Below are positions 1 to 12,121 of a stretch of 64,000 nt of DNA, piece by piece. The number at the start of each line of letters is the position of its first letter. Position 1 is the first letter of the stretch. The notes below the pieces were generated by a model. That model was not told the DNA's origin. It worked only from the letters and a program-made list of their open reading frames with translations, and searched no databases. The position numbers were made by a program, and so were the translations under genes. This DNA comes from Methanotrichaceae archaeon (GTDB taxonomy: Archaea > Halobacteriota > Methanosarcinia > Methanotrichales > Methanotrichaceae), in contig CAVVKN010000004.1 in assembly GCA_963748825.1 (NCBI GenBank), positions 32,001 to 96,000 on the forward strand, read 5' to 3'.

Positions 1-1
1 G

Positions 2-304
2 GTGAACGGGCCGTCCTATATTCAGGTCAATGCGCCCTGCATCACCGGCTGGACCTTCGAAGCCGGCACCATGATTGAGCTGGCGCGCCTGGCTGTGGAG
101 ACTGGCCTATGGCCACTCACGGAATACGAAAACGGAGAGCTGACTGGAGTCAAGAAGGTTCGCCGGCCCAAGCTAACACAAGAGTATCTCAAGCTGCAAG
201 GCCGCTACAAGCACCTATTCAAGAAAGCGGAATGTGCAGATATGCTGGGCCAGATCCAGGCCATGGCAAATGCGAATATCGCCAAGTACAAGCTGGTTGA
301 CTAA
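2..304 (+). CDS. porB: 2-oxoacid (pyruvate):ferredoxin oxidoreductase beta subunit, C-terminal part (5'-truncated by the window)
   Basis: GPSYIQVNAPCITGW...LAVETGLWPL...YLKLQGRYKHL is typical of the PorB C-terminus. Confidence 0.8.
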   Translation: MNGPSYIQVNAPCITGWTFEAGTMIELARLAVETGLWPLTEYENGELTGVKKVRRPKLTQEYLKLQGRYKHLFKKAECADMLGQIQAMANANIAKYKLVD

Positions 305-306
305 AC

Positions 307-918
307 ATGTATGTGGGCCGAATAGTCATAGTAGGCCGCAGCCAGGGAAGGAGCTTTGTCGCCTACAGAGTCTCCTCCCGCTCTTTTCCCAATCGCAGGG
401 CAGAGGTGCGCGGCAAGAGCATTCTCGTCTCGCCCCTTGATCCCGCCGACCTGGCCCGGAATCCTTACATCGCCTACAACTGCATCCGCGTCGCCGGCGA
501 CGTTGCCGTTGTAAGCAATGGCACTCATACCGACATGATTCTGGAGAGGATCCAGGATGGCCAGCGGCCAATGGACGCCATCGCCCTGAGTCTTGTGGCT
601 TATGGCTATGAGAGGGACGAGCTTGACACCCCGCGAATAGCAGGCGTGGTGCGAGGAGATCGAGGGTGGCTAGGCATAGCTAAGCGGGATGAGTTTCGAG
701 TTAGGGAGTTGCATCTGGAGGACGGTCAGGCCTTTTTGGTTGCGACTTATGAGAAGACCGACTTTGAGGCCACAGCCTTGGGCGAAGGCAGTGCCGGCGA
801 GATTGCCCGCATGGCGTTTGATCTGCCTTTAGAGAGACCGGTCTGCGCGGCAGCGGCCTGTGCCCTGCCAGAGGAGCAAAGCAGCGGATATGATCTGGCA
901 GTTTACAATCCGTTGTAG
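307..918 (+). CDS. purO: Archaeal IMP cyclohydrolase
   Basis: MYVGR start; YRVSSRSFPNR, NPYIAYNC, SNGTHTD and DTPRIAG motifs. Confidence 0.93.
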   Translation: MYVGRIVIVGRSQGRSFVAYRVSSRSFPNRRAEVRGKSILVSPLDPADLARNPYIAYNCIRVAGDVAVVSNGTHTDMILERIQDGQRPMDAIALSLVAYGYERDELDTPRIAGVVRGDRGWLGIAKRDEFRVRELHLEDGQAFLVATYEKTDFEATALGEGSAGEIARMAFDLPLERPVCAAAACALPEEQSSGYDLAVYNPL

Positions 919-940
919 AGAGATGTAGTAGAGGGATATT

Positions 941-1831
941 ATGGAGATCAATGGTGTTCAGATCGAAGAGACCTTTGCCGAAGGCTTTCCCATAAAGATG
1001 GCAAGGGTGCTGATTACCGCCGTAACGGAGCGTTGGGCTCTGGAGGCGGCACGTGAAGCCACAGGATTTGGAACGTCCGTGATAGGATGCTCAGCAGAGG
1101 CGGGCATCGAATGCATTGTGGATGGAAGTCAAACACCGGACGGCAGGCCGGGTGTCAATATCCTGATCTGCAATATGGGCTACAAGAACCTGGAGAACTC
1201 ATTGCTCTACCGCCTGGGCCAGTGTGTTATGACTGCGCCTACCACAGCCGCATTCAGTGGCATGCCCGAGGCTGAGAAGCAGTTTGATACCGGCAAGAAG
1301 GAGAGCTGGTATGGCGATGGCTACCAAAAGCAAGTAGAGATGTTTGGCCGGAATGTCTGGAAGATCCCCCTCATGTCCGGAGACTTCATCATAGAGCAGA
1401 ACTTTGGAGCAATGGATGGAATTGCCGGAGGGAACTTCCTGATTCTCGGCCAAAACCAGATGGCTGCTCTAACGGCTGCCGAGGCGGCGGTAAATGCTAT
1501 CAGTAAGCTACCGGGGTCCATTACGCCTTTTCCAGGAGGCGTTGTGGCCAGCGGCTCCAAGGTGGGCTCCAAGTACAAGTTCCTGAAAGCCTCCACCAAC
1601 ACAGCTTTCTGCACGTCGCTACGCGAGGATGGGGTCTGCACTCTGGCGGAGGACGTCACCAGCGTCTTTGAGATAGTAATAAATGGCGTCAGTAAGGAGG
1701 CCATTTCCGCAGCCATGAAGGTGGGCATCAATGCCGCCTGCCATGTGCCCGGCGTCTTAAAGATCAGCGCCGCCAACTACGAAGGCAAGCTTGGCATTCA
1801 CCAGTTCCCGCTGCGTGAGGTGCTGGAGTAG
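941..1831 (+). CDS. ftr: Formylmethanofuran:tetrahydromethanopterin formyltransferase
   Basis: MEINGVQIEETFAE, ATGFGTSVIGC, TPDGRPG, PFPGGVVASGSKVGS, ISAANYEGKLG. Confidence 0.95.
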   Translation: MEINGVQIEETFAEGFPIKMARVLITAVTERWALEAAREATGFGTSVIGCSAEAGIECIVDGSQTPDGRPGVNILICNMGYKNLENSLLYRLGQCVMTAPTTAAFSGMPEAEKQFDTGKKESWYGDGYQKQVEMFGRNVWKIPLMSGDFIIEQNFGAMDGIAGGNFLILGQNQMAALTAAEAAVNAISKLPGSITPFPGGVVASGSKVGSKYKFLKASTNTAFCTSLREDGVCTLAEDVTSVFEIVINGVSKEAISAAMKVGINAACHVPGVLKISAANYEGKLGIHQFPLREVLE

Positions 1832-1843
1832 ATGAGATAAGCG

Positions 1844-2353
1844 ATGGCAATCCAAGAGGTCATTGATACCCAGGAAAAGATAAAGACCTGGCTGGTCCAA
1901 GAAGGGTTATTCAAGGAGGAGGGCCAGGTCGAGAATCTTTACTTTCAGCTGGCAGCAGAATTTCCCGCACAGTCCGGCCGGCATTTATCCATCATTCAGC
2001 CCAAAAACCATGAGGACATGATAGTGGTATTCAGCCGGATAAGGCTGGCCGACACTCACCAAAAGGCGCTTTCCGCTATGCCTCCCAAAGAGAAGGAGCG
2101 ATTGCTCTGGCAGATGCGCTATGATCTGCTCTTCCAGGATTCCAGCTTCGAGATCGAGCCTGTAGGAAGCGATCTGCAGAGCATCCGTTTTACGCGAGAG
2201 ATATACTATGACGGCCTGACCAAGAACAAGCTGATGGAAGCCATCCGGGAGAACTTCAAATGCGAGCTTTATGTGGTCTGGAAGTTCCAGGAGATCTTTG
2301 GCGAAGGACCTACAAACAAGATCGCAGACCCTCCAGAGCCGATGTACTGCTAA
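1844..2353 (+). CDS. Conserved archaeal protein, DUF2299-like
   Basis: IKTWLVQEG...IYYDGLTKNKLM pattern; lies in line after ftr. Confidence 0.6.
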   Translation: MAIQEVIDTQEKIKTWLVQEGLFKEEGQVENLYFQLAAEFPAQSGRHLSIIQPKNHEDMIVVFSRIRLADTHQKALSAMPPKEKERLLWQMRYDLLFQDSSFEIEPVGSDLQSIRFTREIYYDGLTKNKLMEAIRENFKCELYVVWKFQEIFGEGPTNKIADPPEPMYC

Positions 2354-2429
2354 GGCGGTAAAGGGTAGCAAGCAAAGGGAAGTTGGCAGCAAAAAAGCCA
2401 GGAAGAAAAAAGAGAAAGCCTGTCAATCT

Positions 2430-3128
2430 TCAGGATATCTCGTAGGTCATGGTCACGCTGGCTGTGATCTCCATCCTCCCCGGCTGAATGGGTGTGGCGA
2501 ATTCGGCAAAATTCACGCTCCTGGATGCGGCAGCAACATATCCGTAGCCCTCCGAGATCTCCAGCACCCTTCCCAGCTTCACGCCTGCTGCCTTGGCGGC
2601 AATCTCTGCTTTCCTCCGGGCGTCCTCAATGGCCAGAGTTAAGGCCAGATCTTTTTGCGGCTGGGGATTCAACAGGTCGAAGCTGACCTCCTGGATGCGG
2701 TTTGAGCCTGCCGCGACTGCTGTATCCAGTACCTTTCCCACATCTGTGGTATTGTTCAGGTTCACGGTTACAGTGTTCGAAGCTACAAACAGCGGGGCTT
2801 TTTGCTTCTCTCCGGCCATGACAGGCACATCCTGAGACTCCGTGCCCAGGCTGTAGCCGCTGGTCTGAATTTCACTCTCGGCAATTCCTGCCGCCAGCAA
2901 TGCAACTAAAGTCTCATTCATCAGCCGGGCATTTTCCACCGCAGCAATGGCAGCGCTGGCGTCTCGCGTCTGCACGCCCAGCACAACAGTCGCCTTGTCC
3001 GGAGCGGCGCTCGCTTTGCCTTCACCCTGCACTATCAGCTTGGACATATTATTCTCCACGGCAGTAGCAAACGGGGCGACCAGCAACAAGAGCATTATCG
3101 CCAAAAACACTATGCGTATAATTTTCAT
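2430..3128 (-). CDS. SIMPL (DUF541) domain secreted protein
   Basis: Signal peptide; VQGEGKASAAPD, AIEDARRKAEIAAKAAGVKLG, ITASVTMTYEI. Confidence 0.9.
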   Translation of the reverse strand: MKIIRIVFLAIMLLLLVAPFATAVENNMSKLIVQGEGKASAAPDKATVVLGVQTRDASAAIAAVENARLMNETLVALLAAGIAESEIQTSGYSLGTESQDVPVMAGEKQKAPLFVASNTVTVNLNNTTDVGKVLDTAVAAGSNRIQEVSFDLLNPQPQKDLALTLAIEDARRKAEIAAKAAGVKLGRVLEISEGYGYVAAASRSVNFAEFATPIQPGRMEITASVTMTYEIS

Positions 3129-3250
3129 GATAATCCCCTTTGTTTAATCGGTCTAAAAAGCTTTATAGATTATGCTTGCCAGATGTCCGACGACCAATGC
3201 AACCAGATTAATGATTGAAAAATATTAGATGAAAAAATATTTTTAATTAA

Positions 3251-3952
3251 TCAAATTATTTCAAACTCATAGGTTACTATTACGTAGGAAGTGACATCTA
3301 CAGTGCCAGGCTGCGCCGAGCTGCCGTAGTAATCGTTAAGCGCAACAGGATACCCATAATCAGAAATATCCTGCACCGCCCCCAAACGCACACCCTCCGC
3401 GGCAGCCATCTCTGCGGCATTCTCTTTGGCATTGGCCATTGCTTTCTGGCGAGCTTCAGATGCAGCCTTACTGGCATCGCTCAGACCGTATCCCGCTACA
3501 TAAGCCTGGGCCCCGGCGGAGCGGGCTGCATCCAGCACACGATTTATCCGGGACTCGTCGGTGCTCCTGAGCCGGATGACAGTCGACCGCTCTAAGGAAG
3601 AGGCCTGTTGAGTGCTATTCTCACATACCGTGCTATTGTTCACTCTCTTGCAGACCTTGCTGGTGGACTGAAAACTGGAAACTCCGCTGGACTGACCGGG
3701 CAGGATCTCCTCATCTTTGACGCCTGCTCTCTTCAGGGCATCGATCACCTGGCTCATCTTCCCTTGCACAGCCGCCTGGGCGTCTGTCATATTTTCGTTG
3801 CCACTCTCTACGGAGACGGAGATCGTCGCTGTATCCGCAGATACTGTCACGGTTCCCTCGCCCACAACGGTCAGAGTGGGGTTCATGCCCACGGCCATGG
3901 CAGGGAGGATCGCAGCGATCATAATGCCGAATAATATTGCTAACCACTTCAT
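3251..3952 (-). CDS. SIMPL (DUF541) domain secreted protein, tandem paralog
   Basis: Start placed at MKWLAILF (signal peptide); VVGEGTVTVSAD, AMANAKENAAEMA, VDVTSYVIVTYE. Confidence 0.85.
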   Translation of the reverse strand: MKWLAILFGIMIAAILPAMAVGMNPTLTVVGEGTVTVSADTATISVSVESGNENMTDAQAAVQGKMSQVIDALKRAGVKDEEILPGQSSGVSSFQSTSKVCKRVNNSTVCENSTQQASSLERSTVIRLRSTDESRINRVLDAARSAGAQAYVAGYGLSDASKAASEARQKAMANAKENAAEMAAAEGVRLGAVQDISDYGYPVALNDYYGSSAQPGTVDVTSYVIVTYEFEII

Positions 3953-4123
3953 TTTTAATCCCCTAAAGAGAGATGTCGCCAAAGATATTAAAAAGTTCGC
4001 TTGAGGAATGCGGACTTCGATGGATCGTTTTTGGATAAGGAACTTTTTGCCGTTGATTCTGCAAAATTTTATATAGATTCGAAACATGAGCAGAAAGCAT
4101 GAAAATTATTTAAATTAAAGAAG

Positions 4124-4927
4124 GTGACTTTCATGAATTCAGATTCCGATCAGCTAGATCCTCAATCCGATCCAAAGCCCAATGTTCTTGCCCCAATCAC
4201 AAAAGAGGCAAAAGCCGAAAGGCCGAAAAAAAGAGCGCTAGGCGAGATCTTCTCGCGTGCCTTCCAGATTTACAGGGACAATCCAATCATGATTGTGCCG
4301 TCACTCATTCCCATAGCTGCACTCGTCTTGGTTATGGTTATCTTCGCAGGCTATATGGGGCTGGTAGCAGTCTTCGGTGAAGGAGAACTCATCGCGTTCT
4401 CTGCCCTGGCAGGACTTTTCCTGTTCCTAATACTGATGATAGTACTTTTCTTCCTGGCAGAAGGGATGACAATAGAGATGATCAGAGAGGCATCCTCAGG
4501 CAACAAGGCGGACCTATCCTACGCCTGGCAGGCCACTTTAGCCAAGATGGAGCCGCTCGTCCTCACCTCCCTCCTGGCCGGCATAATTGTAGCTTTTGGA
4601 TATGTTCTTTTCTTGATACCGGGAGTGATCTTGAGCTTTGCCTTCTGGTTCGTCGCCCAAACGGTTATGATTGACGGCAAATCCGGCATAGAGGCCATGA
4701 AAGCAAGCTATCGTTTCGTAGAGGCCAACTTATCCGACGCTCTGATAATAGTCCTCGCCTCCCTGGCCATCGGCGCAGTGCTTCCCACCATTCCTTTCAT
4801 CGGTGCCTTGGCGAGCCTGCTCTCTCTGCCCTACATCTACGGCCTGGCCACATTGCTCTATCTGGACGGCAACGAGGCGCAAGAGGATCAATCGAAAACG
4901 CCGAAGACGACGGTGGAGGTATCCTGA
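4124..4927 (+). CDS. Multi-pass membrane protein of unknown function
   Basis: About 5-6 hydrophobic segments; FLIPGVIL...AMKASYRFV pattern. Confidence 0.75.
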   Translation: MTFMNSDSDQLDPQSDPKPNVLAPITKEAKAERPKKRALGEIFSRAFQIYRDNPIMIVPSLIPIAALVLVMVIFAGYMGLVAVFGEGELIAFSALAGLFLFLILMIVLFFLAEGMTIEMIREASSGNKADLSYAWQATLAKMEPLVLTSLLAGIIVAFGYVLFLIPGVILSFAFWFVAQTVMIDGKSGIEAMKASYRFVEANLSDALIIVLASLAIGAVLPTIPFIGALASLLSLPYIYGLATLLYLDGNEAQEDQSKTPKTTVEVS

Positions 4928-5008
4928 TAGACAAGGGATAGAGTCAGCAGGTCATTTGCCCGTCCTCGACCATCATCTTTAATTTTAGTATTCGCATGTG
5001 CTACTGTC

Positions 5009-5806
5009 ATGAGCAAGATCGGAAAGGCGATAAGACTGGAGCGCATTCTGGATCGCAAAACTCGCAGAACGGTCATTGTACCCATGGATCACGGCATCTC
5101 CGTAGGCCCCATCGCCGGTCTGACGAACATGCCCGCCACTGTGGACAAGGTAGCTGAGGGTGGCGCCAATGCTGTTTTAGGACACATGGGACTGCCGCTG
5201 CACGGCCACCGGGGCTATGGACACGATATCGGATTGATTATCCATCTCTCGGCATCCAGTTCTCTTGGTCCTGATCCCAATCACAAGGTTCTTGTGACTG
5301 AAGTGGAGGATGCCATAAGAATTGGCGCTGACGCGGTAAGCATTCACGTCAATGTGGGAGCGGATGATGAAGCAGAAATGCTGCATGATTTGGGCAGAGT
5401 AGCCCGAACCTGCGATCTGTGGGGCATGCCGCTCATTGCCATGATGTATCCCCGCGGACCGAAGGTCAAGTCCGAGCACGATGTGGAGTATGTCAAGCTT
5501 GCCGCCCGAATCGGTTCCGAGCTGGGGGCAGATATTGTCAAGACCAACTACACCGGCTCTCCTGATACCTTCCGAGAGGTTGTCGAGGGCTGCAGCGTGC
5601 CTGTAGTTATCGCGGGAGGACCCAAGATGGACACGGAAAAGGATCTCCTGCAAATGGTCTACGACGCAATAAGGGTTGGGGGAGCGGGCGTTGCCTTTGG
5701 CAGAAACATCTTCCAGGCGAAAAACCCCACGCTTTTGGTCAAGAAATTGTGCACGGTCGTTCATAAGGGCTATACTGCAGAGGATGCGGAAAAGGTCGTC
5801 CTCTAA
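5009..5806 (+). CDS. 2-amino-3,7-dideoxy-D-threo-hept-6-ulosonate synthase / class I aldolase (DhnA family)
   Basis: [34 protein letters not shown] (Schiff-base Lys), GRNIFQ. Confidence 0.88.
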   Translation: MSKIGKAIRLERILDRKTRRTVIVPMDHGISVGPIAGLTNMPATVDKVAEGGANAVLGHMGLPLHGHRGYGHDIGLIIHLSASSSLGPDPNHKVLVTEVEDAIRIGADAVSIHVNVGADDEAEMLHDLGRVARTCDLWGMPLIAMMYPRGPKVKSEHDVEYVKLAARIGSELGADIVKTNYTGSPDTFREVVEGCSVPVVIAGGPKMDTEKDLLQMVYDAIRVGGAGVAFGRNIFQAKNPTLLVKKLCTVVHKGYTAEDAEKVVL

Positions 5807-5898
5807 GCGGCCTTTACTCTTTTTTTAATTTAATATTAGCATAATAGTGATGAATTCGACCACAAGCTATATCCACTTCCTCGAATACATTAGGGAGC

Positions 5899-6669
5899 AT
5901 GAAGCCCATAGCTTTCCTTCTCCTGGCCTTTTTCCTGGTAGCCATTCCGCCCGCCTTGAGCCAGGATGCCAATTATTGGCTTATTCAGACCCATAGCGAC
6001 TACAACAATGGATCTTACTCCCTGGCCTTGCAGGACATCGACGAATATCTGGATTTGAACTCCAGCGATACCTGGGCCTGGAGCTTTAAAGCCAATATTC
6101 TCCGAATTATGAAGAGATACAGTGAAGCCGCAGATAGCTTTGACCAGCTCATCCTCCTGGACGGCTCCAATGCTCAAGCCTACAACGACCGGGCCTTGAT
6201 CCTTTCTGGTGGCATGAGACAGCATGAGGAGGCCTTAAATTCCCTGGAGACTGCCTTGCGGATCAACCCCAATAATGCCAATTATTGGTTTAATAAAGGC
6301 ATGATCTTGGAGGAAACGAAACGATATGCAGAGGCATTGGAGGCCTACAGTCAGGCTGCAGCCTTAAACCCGTCTCTTGATAGAGCCTGGTACAGGCAAG
6401 GTTGGATCTCGGCAACAGAGGGCAACTACAATGAGTCTCTTCCTCTCCTGGACAAGGCGATCAAGCTCAATTCCAAGAACGCTGATGCCTGGAACACCAA
6501 AGGATTGGTCTTAATGAAGCTAAATTCCACAGAGGAGGCACAAAACTGCTTCGAGAAGGCAACCGCTCTGCAACCGTCCAACAGAGATTTCCAGCAGAAT
6601 CGACAAAAGGCGCTAGAGGGAATGGAAAAGGAGCCAGAGAAGACTATAGAGTTTAAAAGTTTGCAGTGA
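5899..6669 (+). CDS. Secreted tetratricopeptide repeat protein
   Basis: Signal peptide plus about six 34-aa TPRs (AW..KG..L.....Y.EA). Confidence 0.88.
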   Translation: MKPIAFLLLAFFLVAIPPALSQDANYWLIQTHSDYNNGSYSLALQDIDEYLDLNSSDTWAWSFKANILRIMKRYSEAADSFDQLILLDGSNAQAYNDRALILSGGMRQHEEALNSLETALRINPNNANYWFNKGMILEETKRYAEALEAYSQAAALNPSLDRAWYRQGWISATEGNYNESLPLLDKAIKLNSKNADAWNTKGLVLMKLNSTEEAQNCFEKATALQPSNRDFQQNRQKALEGMEKEPEKTIEFKSLQ

Positions 6670-6765
6670 GATTCAAAATTTTTTTGCGGAAATATTTTCT
6701 TAATAAAATTCTTGTTTTAAAATGAATGCCCAGGAGCTTGCTGAATGGGTACACCACCCACCGTT

Positions 6766-6867
6766 TCACTCTTTGAACAGACCTCTCAGGCCAGAGATTA
6801 TCCAAAATGCCATGCCCCATAAGACCAAGACTGTTAAGGTCATTAGCTCCATACTCAAATCCCTCAT
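6766..6867 (-). CDS. Putative 33-aa small membrane protein (MRDLSMELMTLTVLVLWGMAFWIISGLRGLFKE)
   Basis: Read by hand; one TM-like segment; TTTATG TATA-like box about 25 nt upstream of the ATG. Confidence 0.45.
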   Translation of the reverse strand: MRDLSMELMTLTVLVLWGMAFWIISGLRGLFKE

Positions 6868-6934
6868 GATTAAAAGTGAACTATTAACATAAATAGTTTG
6901 CTCTTGGGGACCATGAGATCAAGGTCAGTTCGAG

Positions 6935-7008
6935 AAAATGGGAGGGCGGGCAAAGTCTATGATGAACCATTTAGGAGGAAACAATGGTCTTGGTCGACTT
7001 TTGCCCGT
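6935..7008 (-). ncRNA. Candidate anti-SD hairpin sRNA, copy A
   Basis: TATA TTTATAT at 7035-7029; stem CGGGCAAAAGUC/GACUUUGCCCG; inner stem ACCAUU/AAUGGU with loop GUUUCCUCCUA; tail CCCUCCCAUUUU. Confidence 0.65.
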
Positions 7009-7052
7009 TTTGTGATCGTCACATGGCGATATAAAGATGTGGTACAGACTCG

Positions 7053-7170
7053 GTGAACTACCGCGTCCTGAGGATAGGACTTACCAATGTTTCGACTTCT
7101 CGTCGAAACTCTCGCTGAACCGCGGTCAGCGATATTCATCTCCCCTAGTCGTAACCCTGGGAGAATGCAA
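7053..7170 (-). mobile_element. Isolated IS200/IS605 right-end-like palindrome (possible PATE/remnant)
   Basis: 19 nt (GTGAACTACCGCGTCCTGA) identical to the tnpB element end at 47400; followed by several hairpins. Confidence 0.5.
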
Positions 7171-7215
7171 CTAAATAAAAAAATTTCCTAAATACAAAGG
7201 GATAGGCGCGGGGCC

Positions 7216-9609
7216 TCAGGTAATCCTGGCCACCGCTGACACCTCGTCCCCTGGCTTGACATTCATGATGCGCACGCCCTGCGTGGAGCGGCCCTGCACC
7301 CGGATCTCGCTGGTCGGAATTCTGATCACCACTCCGTCCTTGGTGGTAACCAGCAGCTCGTCATCCTCAGAGACGGTGGTGGTGCAGCATACGAAGCCCT
7401 TTCTGGCATCGATATTCTTGACGCCCTTGCCACCGCGCCTCTGCTGGGGATACTCCTCAAGCTCCGTCCTCTTTCCGTAGCCCTGATTGGTGATGGTGAG
7501 CAATGTGAAATTGGCGCTCGGCCGGATCACATCCATGCTGATAAGCTCGTCTCCCATGTTCAGGCTGATGGCCTTCACGCCCATGGTGCCTCGGTTGGAT
7601 GCGCGCACGTCATCCTCCTTGAAGCGTATGGCTTTGCCAAACCTGGTGGCCACCAATAGCTCCTTACTTCCGTCTGTGAGCTTGGCCGAGACCAGGCTGT
7701 CGCCCTTGAGATTTACGGCCTTGATGCCGCCTTTCCTGGGATTGGAAAAAGCCTGCAAGGGCATCTTGACAATGCTGCCGGCTCGGGTTACCAGGATTAT
7801 GAAGCCCGACTCGAAGCTCTTCACAGGTATGGCGCCCGTGATCTTCTCATCAGGCTCGAGCTGCAGAAGATTGACAATGGACTTTCCCCGAGTTGCCCGG
7901 CCCAGAGAGGGAACCTCGTAGACCTTGAGCCAGTGGGCCTTGCCCTTGTCCGTGAAGAAGAGCAGATAATCCTTGGTGGAGGCAGTAAAGACGTCGGTTA
8001 CAAACTCCTCACTCTTGGTCTCAGCACCAATGACTCCCCTCCCGCCACGCCTCTGCATGCGGTATGCCGTAAGCGGCTGGCGTTTGATGTACCCGGAAGA
8101 GGTGATGGTCACTGCCACCTCTTCATCCTGGATGAGATCCTCCCGGGAAACCTCGCCCTCCGCTTCGATGATCTGGGTTCTCCGCTCATCCCCGTAGGTA
8201 TTAATGAGATATGTCAGCTCATCTTTGATGATGCTCAAAATCTCCAGGTTGCTGGAGAGGATTTTCCTCAATTTAGCGATGAGCTTTTCCAGCTCTGCCG
8301 CCTCAGAGACGATCTTCTCCTGTTCGAGACCTGTGAGCCGCTGCAGCCTCATGTCCAAAATAGCCTTGGCCTGCTCTTCGCTGAGTGAAAAAGCCTGCAT
8401 CAGGGCATCTCTGGCCTCGACTGGAGACTGCGCCGCCTTGATTATTCTTATTACCTCATCGATGTTCTTGAGGGCGATGAGCAGACCCGCAAGGATGTGG
8501 GCCCTCTTCTCGGCAGCATCAAGCTCGAACCTGGTGCGCCTTTCTACCACTATTGAGCGGTAGTGGATGTACTGCTCAAGAGTGTCCTTCAAAGAGACTA
8601 TCTTGGGCAGGCCGTCCACCAAAACCATATTGTTGATGCCGTAGCTGGTCTGAAGAGCCGTGTGCTTATACAGTTGATTTAAGACCACATGAACATTAAA
8701 TCCACTCTTGACCTCCACCACCATGCGAATGCCGTCTCTATCCGACTCATCCCGCAGATCGGATATGCCCTCCAGACGGCCGCCTTTGACCATCTCTGCC
8801 ATATCCTCAATCAGCTTGGCCTTATTGACCTGGTAGGGAAGCTCAGTGAAGATGATCTTAGTGCTTCTCGTCCCTTCCTCAATCTCCGACTTGGCCTTCA
8901 TCAGAATGCTACCCTTGCCGGTTTGATAGGCGGCCTCAATGCCGACCCGGCCTACGATGTAGGCGCCGGTGGGAAAGTCGGGCCCGGGGAGAATGTGCAT
9001 CAGCTCGGAGAGCGTGGCCTGGGGCTCGTCGATGAGATGAATAATGGCCCCGCATAGCTCCGTCAGGTTATGGGGCGGAATATTGGTGGCCATTCCCACG
9101 GCAATGCCGGTAGAGCCGTTGAGCAGAAGGTTGGGCAGCTTTGCCGGTAGAACAGTGGGCTCTTTCATCGAGCCGTCGTAATTAGGGGTAAAGTCCACTG
9201 TGTTCTTCTCAATGTCCGCCAGCATCTCCTCAGCGATTTTGGAGAGGCGCACCTCAGTGTAACGCATAGCTGCAGCCGGGTCTCCATCAACGGAGCCAAA
9301 GTTGCCCTGGCCGTCGATGAGAGGATAACGCATGGAGAAGGTCTGGGCCATGCGCACCATGGTCTCATAGATGGCCGCATCCCCGTGGGGATGGTACTTA
9401 CCCATGACATCTCCCACCACACGTGCTGATTTCTTGTAGGGCTGGTCGTGGGTCATGCCCTGCTCATACATGGCATAGAGTATGCGACGATGAACGGGCT
9501 TGAGGCCATCCCGCACGTCGGGCAAAGCTCGACTTACGATCACACTCATAGCATAATCAATGTAGGAGGATTTCATCTCCTCAGTGATGTTAACCAATAC
9601 TTCTGTCAA
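7216..9609 (-). CDS. gyrA: DNA gyrase subunit A
   Basis: [35 protein letters not shown] catalytic Tyr, GyrA box QRRGGRG; TTG start after GAGGTG. Confidence 0.97.
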   Translation of the reverse strand: MTEVLVNITEEMKSSYIDYAMSVIVSRALPDVRDGLKPVHRRILYAMYEQGMTHDQPYKKSARVVGDVMGKYHPHGDAAIYETMVRMAQTFSMRYPLIDGQGNFGSVDGDPAAAMRYTEVRLSKIAEEMLADIEKNTVDFTPNYDGSMKEPTVLPAKLPNLLLNGSTGIAVGMATNIPPHNLTELCGAIIHLIDEPQATLSELMHILPGPDFPTGAYIVGRVGIEAAYQTGKGSILMKAKSEIEEGTRSTKIIFTELPYQVNKAKLIEDMAEMVKGGRLEGISDLRDESDRDGIRMVVEVKSGFNVHVVLNQLYKHTALQTSYGINNMVLVDGLPKIVSLKDTLEQYIHYRSIVVERRTRFELDAAEKRAHILAGLLIALKNIDEVIRIIKAAQSPVEARDALMQAFSLSEEQAKAILDMRLQRLTGLEQEKIVSEAAELEKLIAKLRKILSSNLEILSIIKDELTYLINTYGDERRTQIIEAEGEVSREDLIQDEEVAVTITSSGYIKRQPLTAYRMQRRGGRGVIGAETKSEEFVTDVFTASTKDYLLFFTDKGKAHWLKVYEVPSLGRATRGKSIVNLLQLEPDEKITGAIPVKSFESGFIILVTRAGSIVKMPLQAFSNPRKGGIKAVNLKGDSLVSAKLTDGSKELLVATRFGKAIRFKEDDVRASNRGTMGVKAISLNMGDELISMDVIRPSANFTLLTITNQGYGKRTELEEYPQQRRGGKGVKNIDARKGFVCCTTTVSEDDELLVTTKDGVVIRIPTSEIRVQGRSTQGVRIMNVKPGDEVSAVARIT

Positions 9610-9631
9610 TAGCCACCTCAAATATCAGACA

Positions 9632-11530
<1,899 letters not shown>

Positions 11531-11754
11531 TTAAGCCTCCTGAATAATTAGGACTGTAACGAAATAACCTGAGACGATATAAGCTTTTCCCCAAAATATA
11601 TCTTAATTTTTATTTAAAAGTTTGATGCAATGCTTCATCCTGAATGATGAGGATAGTACTGAGGAACTGTACCTGTCGCATCGAGGACGAATGAATTGGC
11701 TCATGGGAGAAGACCTTCGAAAAATCTTGAGTGAGGATCTCATCAAATTATAAA

Positions 11755-11826
11755 AGCCAAGGTCCGGATTCGAACCGGAGTGGTAATGCTCTGCAGGCAT
11801 TTGCGTAGCCGCTCCGCCACCTTGGC
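11755..11826 (-). tRNA. tRNA-Cys(GCA)
   Basis: GCCAAGG acceptor stem; anticodon arm AATGC-CTGCAGA-GCATT; T-loop GGTTCGAATCC; no encoded CCA. Confidence 0.96.
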
Positions 11827-12121
11827 AAGGGGTATTGGCGTCCGACTTCTGTGTCGATCTGATTTAAACCTTTATCGGTTGGAGGCGCCCCTTGCGCCGC
11901 AACCTTGGGAGAGATGTCATCCCCTATAAAGATTGCCTTCGCGGCAAAAGATCTTGGGCAGAGTCAGGCCAGCACTTTTGTGACCTGCCAACCAGGGGGG
12001 CGCTGTGGATTCGGTGCAATCCCGCCCAGAACTCGATCATTCTGTTTTCGGGTTTACTTTTTCGAAGATTAAGCACTATTTTTTAGGGCGAAAACTATAT
12101 ATCGACAAAAGACTATATTAC

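Noticed and set aside
941-1831. ftr in a probably acetoclastic methanogen
   Set aside because: C1-pathway genes are already known in Methanothrix genomes
2430-3952. Tandem SIMPL paralogs as a novel system
   Set aside because: A common family and an old divergent duplication with nothing else unusual
11625-11753. 42-aa plus-strand ORF, or C/D-box-like ATGATGA...CTGA, next to the tRNA-Cys 3' end
   Set aside because: No RBS or recognisable motif; only 8 nt between the boxes and no second box pair
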